64,000 nt of DNA from an uncultured Planctomycetota bacterium (GTDB taxonomy: Bacteria > Planctomycetota > Planctomycetia > Isosphaerales > Isosphaeraceae), in NCBI GenBank assembly GCA_963823665.1, contig CAWGMQ010000004.1, positions 1,408,001 through 1,472,000 of the forward strand, given 5' to 3'. Shown in pieces: positions 23,505-33,500 of the stretch. Every line of letters begins with the position of its first letter. Positions within the stretch are counted from its first letter, which is position 1. A model generated the notes under the pieces. That model was not told the origin of the DNA, ran no database searches, and was given only the letters and a program-made list of their open reading frames with translations. A program made the position numbers and the translations under genes.

Positions 23505-24486
23505 GTGGCGCACTCTCCTTCAGGATCGGTTTCAATATCTCCCGCAAGAATAGAACTCGACGCTCCACGTCCGCCTCCTCCAAGCCGTGAATCACGACGG
23601 CGCCGCGATAGCCAATTCTGTTCAGTCGGACGAAGTAAGGGTAATAAAAATGAAATGAAGGCTCGTTAAGCAGTGCCTTGCTCGGCAGCTTTGCCACCGT
23701 GTCGCTGAATTTGCTCATCTCCCCCTGCGAAGCAGCTTCGATAAGAGCACGAACCGACTTGCTGGCTCGAGCACGTTCCGCCGTCTCCTTCATCTCTGCA
23801 AGAGAACGATGATCGGCCTCATCAAGGTGCGGCTCTTTCGCATGAGCCAATACAATACTGGGGCCAAGCCAATCGAACACTTCGTCGAGGATCGCGGTGA
23901 ATAGGCCCATTTCGCCAGGCCGAAGCAAATTCGCCGGATCGATCACCACCTTCAACCACCGCGAATCAATCTCATCCAGCAGCCGGCGAGCCCTCATCAC
24001 CGAGCTGACGACATTGTTGATCTCCGGCTCAAAGGCCAGCGTCACTTCATGCCGGTCCGCAATCGCCACCGCCGCGCGCATCGTCTCGACCAGGCGTTCC
24101 CACGTACTCTTCCGCGCGTTCTCCGGATGCCACTTCCACATGTCATGTGGATCCATCGATCCGGTGCAAAGCGTGATGATTCGCGTGTCGAGCCAGCGGC
24201 AGGCTTGGGCGAGCACCTCAAGCCGGCGCAGGTTATTCGCCAGCCGTCCGCCGTTCGAATCAACCATGTTGAACGTGCCCGAGATCGCCGCCATTGTGAT
24301 CCCGCGCTCGTGCAGCGTCTGGGCGATCCACACGCACGAGCCTTCGTCGAGCTTATCCGGCAGCGTGGCCAGCCCCATGCACGACATGTTGAACTGAACT
24401 TGCGTCAATCCGTGAGAAGCGACCGCGTCCAGCGTCTGTTCGAGCGTCGGCCGCGGAAACGTCTTGGCGAAAATCCCTAGCTCCAT
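23485..24486 (-). CDS. Sugar phosphate isomerase/epimerase (xylose isomerase-like TIM barrel) with an atypical C-terminal insertion
   Basis: SGTFNM, TLCTGS, FEPE.NNV, IDPANL, LAHAK; TGATG coupling with the upstream gene. Confidence 0.85.
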   Translation of the reverse strand: MELGIFAKTFPRPTLEQTLDAVASHGLTQVQFNMSCMGLATLPDKLDEGSCVWIAQTLHERGITMAAISGTFNMVDSNGGRLANNLRRLEVLAQACRWLDTRIITLCTGSMDPHDMWKWHPENARKSTWERLVETMRAAVAIADRHEVTLAFEPEINNVVSSVMRARRLLDEIDSRWLKVVIDPANLLRPGEMGLFTAILDEVFDWLGPSIVLAHAKEPHLDEADHRSLAEMKETAERARASKSVRALIEAASQGEMSKFSDTVAKLPSKALLNEPSFHFYYPYFVRLNRIGYRGAVVIHGLEEADVERRVLFLREILKPILKESAPHAGPPS

Positions 24487-25563
24487 CAGACACCTCCGCT
24501 CAATCCGGCGAGCTCAACCCTCTCGCCGGTTTCCACCGAGCGCGCGATCGCCACCATCGCCTGCACCGCGGCCAGGCCGTCGTCCAGGCTGGCGCCCTCC
24601 TGCGGCGCACCGCGCAAAATCGGTCTCGGCAAAAGCTTCGATTTGCAGCTTGTAGGTATAGGCGTCTTCACCCAGCACGCGATGAAACTGTCGATCGCTC
24701 GCCCGGAAGCATTCGACATCGCTCGACTTGTGAAACCACGGCAGATACACGCGGCCCGAAACACTCCCATTCTCGCCGAAGACCTGAAAGCCTTCTTGAA
24801 AGTCGCCCTTGATCGGAATTTGCAAATCAAGATGCCCGAGCGATCCATCTTCAAAATCGACGTCGATGAACCAGCAGTAGCAATCGAACCGCTCGAGCAG
24901 GCGCGCGCGGACGGCCGCGATCGGCCCGCCCAGGCACCGCGCTGTATCGACGAGATGGCTGCCGTGCGTGAGGAGGTAATAGCGGCGGCGATCGGACTTC
25001 GGGTTCCCCTCCGGACGCAACGCCTTGGCGCTTGTGAACGGGATCGGCTGGAGATTATCGGTCATGGTGTAACGGTACGCCGAATCGTAGTACCAGGATT
25101 TCAGCGCGATGCGCTGGCCCATTTCCTCGGCGATGAACTTGCGGGCGAACGTGATTCCCGGGTCAAACCGCCGGTTGTTGCCCACCTGCACACTAACTCC
25201 GGCCGCGGCCGCCTGATCGCGCAGCTCGCGGCACGACTCGATCGTGGTGCCCAGCGGTTTCTCGACCAGTACGTGCTTGCCGGCCTGGATCGCCTTCTGC
25301 GCCGCGGGAACGTGAAACTGGTCGGCGATTGCGATGATCACGGCCTTGACCTTCGGGTCCGCGAGCATCGCGTCGTAGTTCGAATACGCGACCTTCGGCT
25401 GATGAACCTCGGCCATTCGCTCGCGCAGATCATCGGCGAGGTCGCAGATGGCGTAAAGCTCGGCGCTCTTGGCCTTGCGGCAGGCGTCGAAGTGAGCGAA
25501 CTGCGCAATGGGCCCGCATCCGAGCACGCCGATCGAGACGCGGTCATCATCCTTGACAATCAT
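24486..25563 (-). CDS. Gfo/Idh/MocA family oxidoreductase, frameshift near 24622
   Basis: GVLGCGPIAQ, VEKPL, GNNRRFDP, THGSHLVD; C-terminus ILRGAPQEGASLDDG...SGGV in the 24486 frame; ATGA overlap with the RLP stop. Confidence 0.88.
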
Positions 25564-26988
25564 GCGATCTTCCCCGGATACCGCTGCCGGAGCGCCTCGG
25601 AAAGCGCGGCCAGTTTCTTGCGCTGGGCGACGGCCGCCAGAGCGGCCAGATGCTCCTCCATTGCGATACCTTTCAGTTCGCCCGATTGATGAATTTCAAT
25701 CGCCTGAATCAGCGCTTCGAGTCCGATTCGCGGGTCGGCCTTGCCGTCTTTGCCTTTGATGGAGTTAATCGCCGAGCCGGCGAGGAAGAGCACGTTTTGC
25801 GCGATTCCCCGTTGATTCCAGATCTTCGAGGTTGAGGATGATATTGCCCTGGTCGAGCGCACCGGCGCGGGTGATCATGGTGGGGTTGATTCCCTTGATC
25901 GGCCGCGTGAGCGCCGCCTCCGAAGCATGCCACTCTGCTCCATAGGGGCGAATGAACGGCGAGCCGGGCCGTAGCGGGGCCGTCTGGCGGAAGTCGATGC
26001 CGTCGAGCCGGGCCAGCAAGTCAATCACCTCGCGCCAGATGCTTCGCGTCTTGACGCCGATGCCGGCGTTATGGCCGTAGATCGCCGGCGGATTCTTGAG
26101 CGTGCTGGTCGCTTCGCGGACCATCCTGACGGTCCCGCCCGCGTAGGTCTCACTGAACATCACACCGGAAGCGCCGGCTTCAACGACCGCCAGCACCAGC
26201 TCGACGATCTGTTCGGGGCCCGCGGTGACATGAGGCGAGTACACCAGCCCCAGCCCCCGGCGCGATTCGCGTACCCGCTCGATCGCCGCGATGGCGCGTT
26301 TGGTTCGCTCTTGGACCGGCGAATAATCGAGGTCGGGGTAGAGGTCTTCGTCTTCCTTGATGAACATCAAGAGGGGGCTGCCGGCGACCTCGCCCACCAG
26401 GCGTTCGACGTCCTCCGGCGTGATTCCGGCCGTTGGCTTTAGTATCGTGCCGAACGCGGGCTGGTCGAGGGCGAACCCGGTTTTCTTGCGGATGTTGATC
26501 GGCCCATAAGCCGGCCCGGGGAACCCGGCGAGCACGTCGTCGGGAATCTGGATCGAGATCAGCCGGGCGTCTTGATTCTCGTAGACGTCGAACATGACGG
26601 CGCCGGCGATCGTGTGCAGGATGTCGGTGGACGTGAGCCGCCCGTTCGGATGCCGCATCATCTTGAGCGGAAACGCTACGTGCAGCAGCCCGATCCTTCC
26701 AGACGCGTCAAACGCGTCGACGCCCGCCTGCTGAGCAGAGCATTGCGCCAGCAGCGACCCCGGCAGCGGGTTCTTGACGCCGCTGGTCGCATGGTAGCTG
26801 ATCTCCTCGATCGCGTGCTCGAGCGTTCCCGTCCGGAAATGGAAATAGTATGTGGCGACAAGATGATCCGGAACAGTTGGCGCAGGCCGTTCGCCCAGCC
26901 GGTCTGCGACCACCTTCCGCAAGACTTCCTCGCGAGCGTCGAAATCATCGCGTAGCAGATCGATCGTCGACGAATTCAAAAATGCCAT
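25560..26988 (-). CDS. RuBisCO-like protein (form IV RLP), divergent; frameshift near 25813
   Basis: FPGPAYG, GTILKP (K175 equivalent), MFIKEDE (K201/D203/E204), IYGHNAG (H294), ARLDGIDF; C-terminal LFLAGSAI in the 25560 frame. Confidence 0.85.
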
Positions 26989-27060
26989 TCGGAGTTCTTC
27001 CTCTGTGGAATGTTCAATACACTTGCCTGCCGGCGACACACCCCCAATCGGCCGAATCCT

Positions 27061-27654
27061 TCACGCCTTCCCCGGGTGCTCGTCGGAGAAACTGACCCTG
27101 GCGTAGATGTCACGCAACGGTAGCGAGCAGTTGATTGAAACAATCTTGAGCGTGCCGTCGAGATCATCCAGCGCGGAAAATACCCAATCATCGCCCTGGC
27201 GGAGATAACGCCCGACCAGAACCTGGCTTTGGTCGATGAGAACATATTCTTTCAGAGATGGCAGCCGGCGGTAGTGCGCGAATTTCGCCCCACGGTCGTA
27301 CGACTCAGTTGTCGGCGAAAGCACCTCAACGATCACGGTGGGATTCAGAAGCGTATCCAATTCGTCATCCTGAAACTCGGGCTCGCCGCAGACAACGATG
27401 ACGTCCGGGTACGCGTACAGCCCGGTCGAACTCACGCAGACTCGCAGATCGCTGATGAAAGCTTCAGATGGACGATTCTCGAGCCGATCGCTGATCTTGT
27501 AGTAAAAATTGCCAGCGATTCGGTTATGCTCGCGACTCGCGCCCGACATCGCCGTGATGTATCCGTCAAGGTACTCGCTCTTGAACGCGGCTTTCCGCTC
27601 CGCGGCGAGGTACTGTTCCGGAGTAAAGCGCGTTCTCAGCGCGGCTGACGCCAT
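27061..27654 (-). CDS. Uma2 family (DUF820) endonuclease
   Basis: EYLDG.ITAMSGAS.EH, YPDV.VVCG, VEVLSPTTESYDRG.KF..YR.LPSLKEY. Confidence 0.92.
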   Translation of the reverse strand: MASAALRTRFTPEQYLAAERKAAFKSEYLDGYITAMSGASREHNRIAGNFYYKISDRLENRPSEAFISDLRVCVSSTGLYAYPDVIVVCGEPEFQDDELDTLLNPTVIVEVLSPTTESYDRGAKFAHYRRLPSLKEYVLIDQSQVLVGRYLRQGDDWVFSALDDLDGTLKIVSINCSLPLRDIYARVSFSDEHPGKA

Positions 27655-27727
27655 GACATTCTCCACACGACGATTCGGTCACGCACTCGAACATTCTACG
27701 AAATCGTGCCGCAGAATTCGACTTTCC

Positions 27728-30487
27728 TTACCGCAGCTTTTTCTTTTCCCGAGTACCGTCAAAGTCCACAAACTGCGTCTCGATCTTCAAAAAAACACAC
27801 CCGTTGCTGGCCAAGTGCGTCGAAATCCGAACCCGCCCGTCGGCGTCGCTACGAGCGCTGTTCCCTCCCGTCCATCGGTACTCGCAGAGCTTCTGCACCC
27901 GCTCAACATCCGTCCGCGGATAAGCCGCCGGCGCAAGTAGCGTCTTGATCGCATCCTTCGCCAGGTCGCGCAAACCTGCGTCTTGATCCTGCCCCACCAG
28001 CTTCAGAATGGCGCCCGCCACCTCCTGGCGACCAGTCGCATCCAGCTTCGTCACCGCCTCGAGCGCCGCGCGCTTCTCGGCACGATCGCCCCCTTCAAGT
28101 GCGCGATGCAAAGACGCCACCCGCGCCGGGTCACTCGCGCCTGCTCCAGCCGGTCGATCACGCAGCGCCCGCGCCTCGGCAAACGGCGTGTTCTCATTCT
28201 TGCTGAAATGAAAGGCGAGCACGCGATAGAGCCGATTCGCCTCAACCCCGTCCAGCTCGAGCGTCACATCAAATGACGCCTCCGAGCGCGACTGAGTATC
28301 CTCCGGTTGATGTGTGTAAAGAACGGCGCGAATCACACCGCTATCATCCCGCGACGCAAAGCCGCCGATCCGATGCCCGCCGATCTGCTGCGGCTCCAGC
28401 ACCCAGTATCGATCTCCTAGATCCGAGAGCAGCCCCAGCACATGAAAGATCGGCATCGGCACAGTCACCGTCCGATCGCCGCGGCCGTCGCCATCGTCAT
28501 CGACGTGCACCACGCGCGAAACCGCGTTGATCCCCGCGAAATTCGCCGGCGGCGGCCATACCGTCAAAATCGTTTCACCGTAGGCGTAGCGTCGGTCCCT
28601 GGCCGCCTGCAATAGCTGACGATGTACCACGTCGAGGCACCAAGTGGGGAAAAAACCATTGCCCAGGTACGAATCGATTGCCGCCTCGTCCGGCGGCGGC
28701 AGCCAGTCCGGACAGGCCTCATGGGAGTCGACCCAGAGGTTCCTGTAGTATTCTGGATCAATCCCAAGCGCGATCTCCTTGGCTTTGATCAGCTTCGCCA
28801 CCATCATCTCCGACTTGTTGTACGCGTGGATCGAGATAAAATCACATGGACTTCCTTTACCTCCATGCTGCCGGCATAGCGTCTCGACGCGCCGCGACCG
28901 CCTACCTTCTAGCCGCTTGTCCGCAAACGCCGCATTGAGAGGCAGGGCGCCTGGCGCGGCCGCGTTCGGCGAGCAATGCGCAAGAAACTCCTTGAGCCTC
29001 AAGTTCACCCCAAAGATCGCGCCCAGCTCGAGCCCACCGATTGAAACCTTTCGCGAGTCGAACCCACGATCTTCATACGCCCGCAGCACGGCATCGGTCG
29101 AATAATCGTAAAACGTTTGCAGCTCGTTCCAGTCCGCCCGCCAGAACATCCGCCCGAGATCCGGCTCGTTGAAGATGCTCCATGGAAAGTCGAGCGCGTC
29201 GGCGCCATAGCGGGCAATGACGTGGCCGGCCAGCGCGCGGACGACTTCGTGCCACTGGGCGTAATCCTTCACGGTCGTCCAGCTTCGTCCATCGCGCGAA
29301 AGATCGCCGGCCGCATCCGCCAGGTTCGCGAGCACCCGCCGGCTGCGCCGATGCGCGAAGTCCCACTCCTTGTCGAGCCGGCCCCAGTAATAGCACGCCG
29401 TGCCGTACGGCTTGAACTTTCGCAGATAGCAACCTCCAGGCGCGAAGAGCCCGGGGGCGTCCGAGTCTTCCCACCGGGGCAGGGGCCCTTCGTAGGCGAT
29501 TTTCCACCCACCGGGCGGATTCGCGACCGATTCAACGGTTACTGTCCTCGCCGCGCTGTCCGCGGAAACCACCTTCGTCCGAGCGTCATGAACTCCGTCC
29601 GCGATCAGAACTTCGTCGCCAGGATGGTAATCGTCTCCCACAGGCCGCCCGTCGGGAATGTTGTATTTCTCGTGGCCAAGGAAGTCTTCAACGCGAAGCA
29701 CCAGTCTCTTGTCGCGCGGCTTGATTGCCGCGATGCGCCTGGTCTCGCGCTCGCGCACGATGTTCGGCAGATTGACCGGGAGGAATGCATTCGGCCGATA
29801 CTCTGTGCCGGTCATCCAGAAATCGCGCTGATAGCTCCAGGCCTTCGGGTGCTGCTTGCGAGCCTCGTCCATCAAATCGAAAGTCGGCTCATAGTTCGCG
29901 GCCTGCGTGCAAAAGACGACGTTGCAAATGCCCGAAAAGAACCTCCCATGCCATTGCACCGACTCGCATTGCAGATCAAGCTCGAACTTGACCGGGTGAA
30001 CCGCCGGTGCTGCCTCGGTGGTGAAGCTCCACTCGTGCGTGGCGGCGAGCGCCGGTTGGCCCGCGCTCGCCGTGACTATCACGCTGTAGGTCTTGTTTGC
30101 CACCAATGGTCCGTCAGGCTCGACGTAAACGGCCAGTGACTTCTTGCCCTGAAGGTCCTGCTTCGGGCGCAACCAACCGCGACAGCCCTCGGCAAAATGT
30201 CCGGCCGATCGAATCAATTCGACCCGAGCGCCGCCTTCCGGCTGAAGGCTGACCGAGACAGACGCAGGCTGAACGTCGGCCGGTTTGGCTCCCTGCGCAG
30301 CATCGAGCTCGAAGTAAATACTCGTTCGCAATGGCACGTTGCGGGCACCGTGCGCCGGGCGCGGGCTGCCGTGCGGGTCAGGCAGCCGCTCGATCAGCTT
30401 GACTTGCTGTGCGAAGCCAGGAATGGATGCAGCGGCCGCGAACGCAAGCCCGATCAGGCCGGCAAACGAACGACGTTGTGTAATCAT
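27728..30487 (-). CDS. Secreted glycoside hydrolase (clan GH-A, GH39-like) with N-terminal Ig-like domain and HEAT-like insertion
   Basis: Signal peptide; WSIFNEPD acid/base motif; DFISIHAY; WVDSHE putative nucleophile; WSFTT Ig-domain end. Confidence 0.65.
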   Translation of the reverse strand: MITQRRSFAGLIGLAFAAAASIPGFAQQVKLIERLPDPHGSPRPAHGARNVPLRTSIYFELDAAQGAKPADVQPASVSVSLQPEGGARVELIRSAGHFAEGCRGWLRPKQDLQGKKSLAVYVEPDGPLVANKTYSVIVTASAGQPALAATHEWSFTTEAAPAVHPVKFELDLQCESVQWHGRFFSGICNVVFCTQAANYEPTFDLMDEARKQHPKAWSYQRDFWMTGTEYRPNAFLPVNLPNIVRERETRRIAAIKPRDKRLVLRVEDFLGHEKYNIPDGRPVGDDYHPGDEVLIADGVHDARTKVVSADSAARTVTVESVANPPGGWKIAYEGPLPRWEDSDAPGLFAPGGCYLRKFKPYGTACYYWGRLDKEWDFAHRRSRRVLANLADAAGDLSRDGRSWTTVKDYAQWHEVVRALAGHVIARYGADALDFPWSIFNEPDLGRMFWRADWNELQTFYDYSTDAVLRAYEDRGFDSRKVSIGGLELGAIFGVNLRLKEFLAHCSPNAAAPGALPLNAAFADKRLEGRRSRRVETLCRQHGGKGSPCDFISIHAYNKSEMMVAKLIKAKEIALGIDPEYYRNLWVDSHEACPDWLPPPDEAAIDSYLGNGFFPTWCLDVVHRQLLQAARDRRYAYGETILTVWPPPANFAGINAVSRVVHVDDDGDGRGDRTVTVPMPIFHVLGLLSDLGDRYWVLEPQQIGGHRIGGFASRDDSGVIRAVLYTHQPEDTQSRSEASFDVTLELDGVEANRLYRVLAFHFSKNENTPFAEARALRDRPAGAGASDPARVASLHRALEGGDRAEKRAALEAVTKLDATGRQEVAGAILKLVGQDQDAGLRDLAKDAIKTLLAPAAYPRTDVERVQKLCEYRWTGGNSARSDADGRVRISTHLASNGCVFLKIETQFVDFDGTREKKKLR

Positions 30488-30552
30488 CTCAGAGTCTCTG
30501 GCCCGCCATGTATCAACACTCAGGCCAGAGTACCGCTGATAGAGACACGACG

Positions 30553-33500
30553 CTATTCAACTTCCAGTGGAAGCTGCGCCCTGATCGATCGCCAAAGCCG
30601 CTTCCACCGTAAATCGGGCGGCAGTGAAAAGGCCTCTGCCACAAGCAGCCGGGCCTCATTCCAGCCCTCAGCGGGGGATTGCGCCTGGGCTCCGGGCAAA
30701 AGCTCGAGCAACTGCACACCGGCCCTCGGGTCCAGGCACGCTTTGGCGGTGAGCGCACTCGATGTCAGCTCACCGCTTCGACTCTTTTCTGCTACGACCG
30801 ATTGAATATAAGCATTCATCGGCTCGAACAACACGGCTGCCGCGTCGCGGTTGTAGTGTGAGAGCAACATGCACAGAGCGCCGATTGCGGACCTCTGAAG
30901 CCTGTCTTCGTCGTCGGCGTCGATGCGCACGTGAAGCGCCACCGCTCGCCAGAAGAACTCGGCCAATCGCTCGGGCGCAACCTGTTCGACGACCGGCAAG
31001 ATCACGGCTGCCGGGTTGGTCGGATAGATCGCGTCCGTGCCATCCAGGTTCGTGATCGGTTCAACACCCGGTCCGGATTCCAGCATGCTGTCGATCGCCT
31101 CGAGTGAGCGATCGAGCGACTCAAGGGCGGCCGCCTTGTCATGCGCGGCCACACCGATCGCCGTGGACGCCCAAGCACACGCACGCGCCCCCGGCGTTTC
31201 GATGCCGGCGGCGATCCGCCGGGCGCGCGGCAGATCGACTTCCGCCAACCGCCGACATAGCCGCACGATCGTCCCGTACATGAAGAAACCGGTCCGTTCT
31301 TCGATCAAGCCGAAAAGCTTCTCGGCTTCGGCCGGATGAGAAGCCGACAATTCGACGGCGGCGTTACCATACCGCATGTCGCGGTCACGCGCATTCGAGA
31401 TCTTCTGGATTCGCGCCAAAGCCTCCGCGGGATCGAGCCGTGCAGCCTGGTCCATGAAAGCGGAGGCGAACGTTGGATTGCCGATCGGCCTCGAATTCAG
31501 GATCTTGAGCCCCTCTTCCACGAGCGGCTTCGCCGATTCGAGCATGCCAAGATCCAGCAGCTCTTTTATGACTGGTCCTAGCGTGCTGAGTTTGACCGGG
31601 ATCGCCGGAATCGCCCGCGCCTGGACGATCGCTTCATCGAGCAGCGCTCGCTTGCGATCTTGGGCCGATCTCGGAAGCGCTGCGGCCAGCCGGACCAGGA
31701 AGTTCACTTTCAAACGCGGCTCCGAGATCGCCGCGACTTGAGCCTGGGCATCCGTTGCGTCCTTACCAGCCGCTTGGATCGCCAGCTCGCCGCGCAACTG
31801 TTCCACAATGCGGGCATTCTTGATCTTGCCGTCGTTCAGAATCTCGCGAACACGGCCAGGCTCGAATTCGATCACACTCATGAGCGGCATATACTTGGCG
31901 AAATCGTCGTCGCCGGCCATCACCGATTTCAAGGACTGTTCAAGCAGGCGCGCGCCCAGGGCCTTCAATTCGGTGTCGAGAAGTGGGTCAGCGAGCGGAG
32001 TGATGACTTGTTCGGGCGGCTCGCTCGCACGCGCGAGCGTCAGCCGCATCTCGCCAAGGGTCACCGAGGCATCAAGCGGCCAGCCCTGGAATCGGAAACC
32101 CGCTTTCTGCACCAGTACAAACGTCTTTTCGGGGTCGATCTCGTCCAGCTCAAAGTGCCCCAAAGAATCTGTGGTCGCCGATGGACCGCGCGAGGGCAGG
32201 AATACTCTGGCACCAGCAACCGGCTGGCCCTGTTTATCCCGAACGAAGCCATTCAAACGTCTTAGCGCCCGCAGCCGGATCGCCGAGACGGCTGTGCGCT
32301 CGCCGTCAAGCTCCACCCACTCGGAGACAAACGGCGCATACCCGTCGTGGCGGATCGACACGCGATAGCTCAGTCCGCCAAGAAGAGCCGCCGGAGTCCG
32401 GAACGCCCCTTCGGGGCCTGTGCGCATCAGCTCGCGCTCCAGTCCAATCGCTTCGGTTCGCGTTGCGCGGCGCCGGCCGCGAGGCGCGCCGACACCCGGC
32501 GACCGGGTGCCCGACGCGCGAACCCAGACGCTTACCGGGACATCGACTACAGGCTCACCTGACTCGTTTCGCACCACGCCAACCAGTCGCCCGATCCGTC
32601 CCAGCTTGACCACGTATTTGTCCTTGCCCGCAGGCGCGGGTACTTCGAGTGTGTGCTGCGCAATTCCCGCCCCGACTACGTTAAACGTGAGCATGTTCAT
32701 GCTCCGGGGAACGCAGGTAATCGCCACCGCGCCGTTTTCGTCCGTGGTCCGTGCCAGTTCCTGGAGCCACTCGTCAGGTATCGAAGCCGCGCTCCGAGTC
32801 GAGCCGATCTGAAGCAAACGTGGAACCACCCGCACGCCTTCGATCGGCCGGCCGTCATGCCCGACCACGGTCATCGTGCGGTTCACGGGATCCTCGAGTG
32901 TTAGCCGCACCGGCGCAGGCGATTTCGCCGCGATCGGCACGGTCATCCAGGCCAGGGACCGCCCGGGTTTATAGGCCCAGATGGTTGCCGCCTGCGCTTG
33001 TTCTCCGGGCGCGAGATCAAGTATGCTCGACGACGCTCGACCGTGCTCATCCGACACGGAGTTGTGCATTCTCGACAACTCCCGCGTACGCCGCGGCGAA
33101 TAGGAAACCGAAACGCCGACCTGCGCTCCTGAGAGCGGCTTTCCCTGCGAGTCGATTGCTTCCACCTGAATGAAGATTGGCTCGGGACGCTTCATTGGCG
33201 TCTTGCCCACCGCTTCCCGATCCTTTGCGATCGGTGCCGATCCGCGCTGGGCCTCTTGTTTGGCACCATTTTCTTGCCCGGCCGATTCTCGCGGCACGGC
33301 CGCGTCGTCGAGCATACGAACCGGCGCGGTGCTGTTTTCACGTGCAAGCGCCGCATGCACAATCACCCCTGCGCCCACGGTGACTAACCCCGCGGCCAGA
33401 ACGGTCGTGACCGCAACAACAACTCGTCCGATCATCATGTTCTTCATCGTTCCCTCCATCAATGCGATGGCCTCGGCGGAAGCAACACCGGTGATCGACG

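Noticed and set aside
25560..26988. Bona fide RuBisCO / Calvin cycle (RLP next to rpe)
   Set aside because: Key carboxylase residues appear substituted, and no rbcS or phosphoribulokinase is present in the window.
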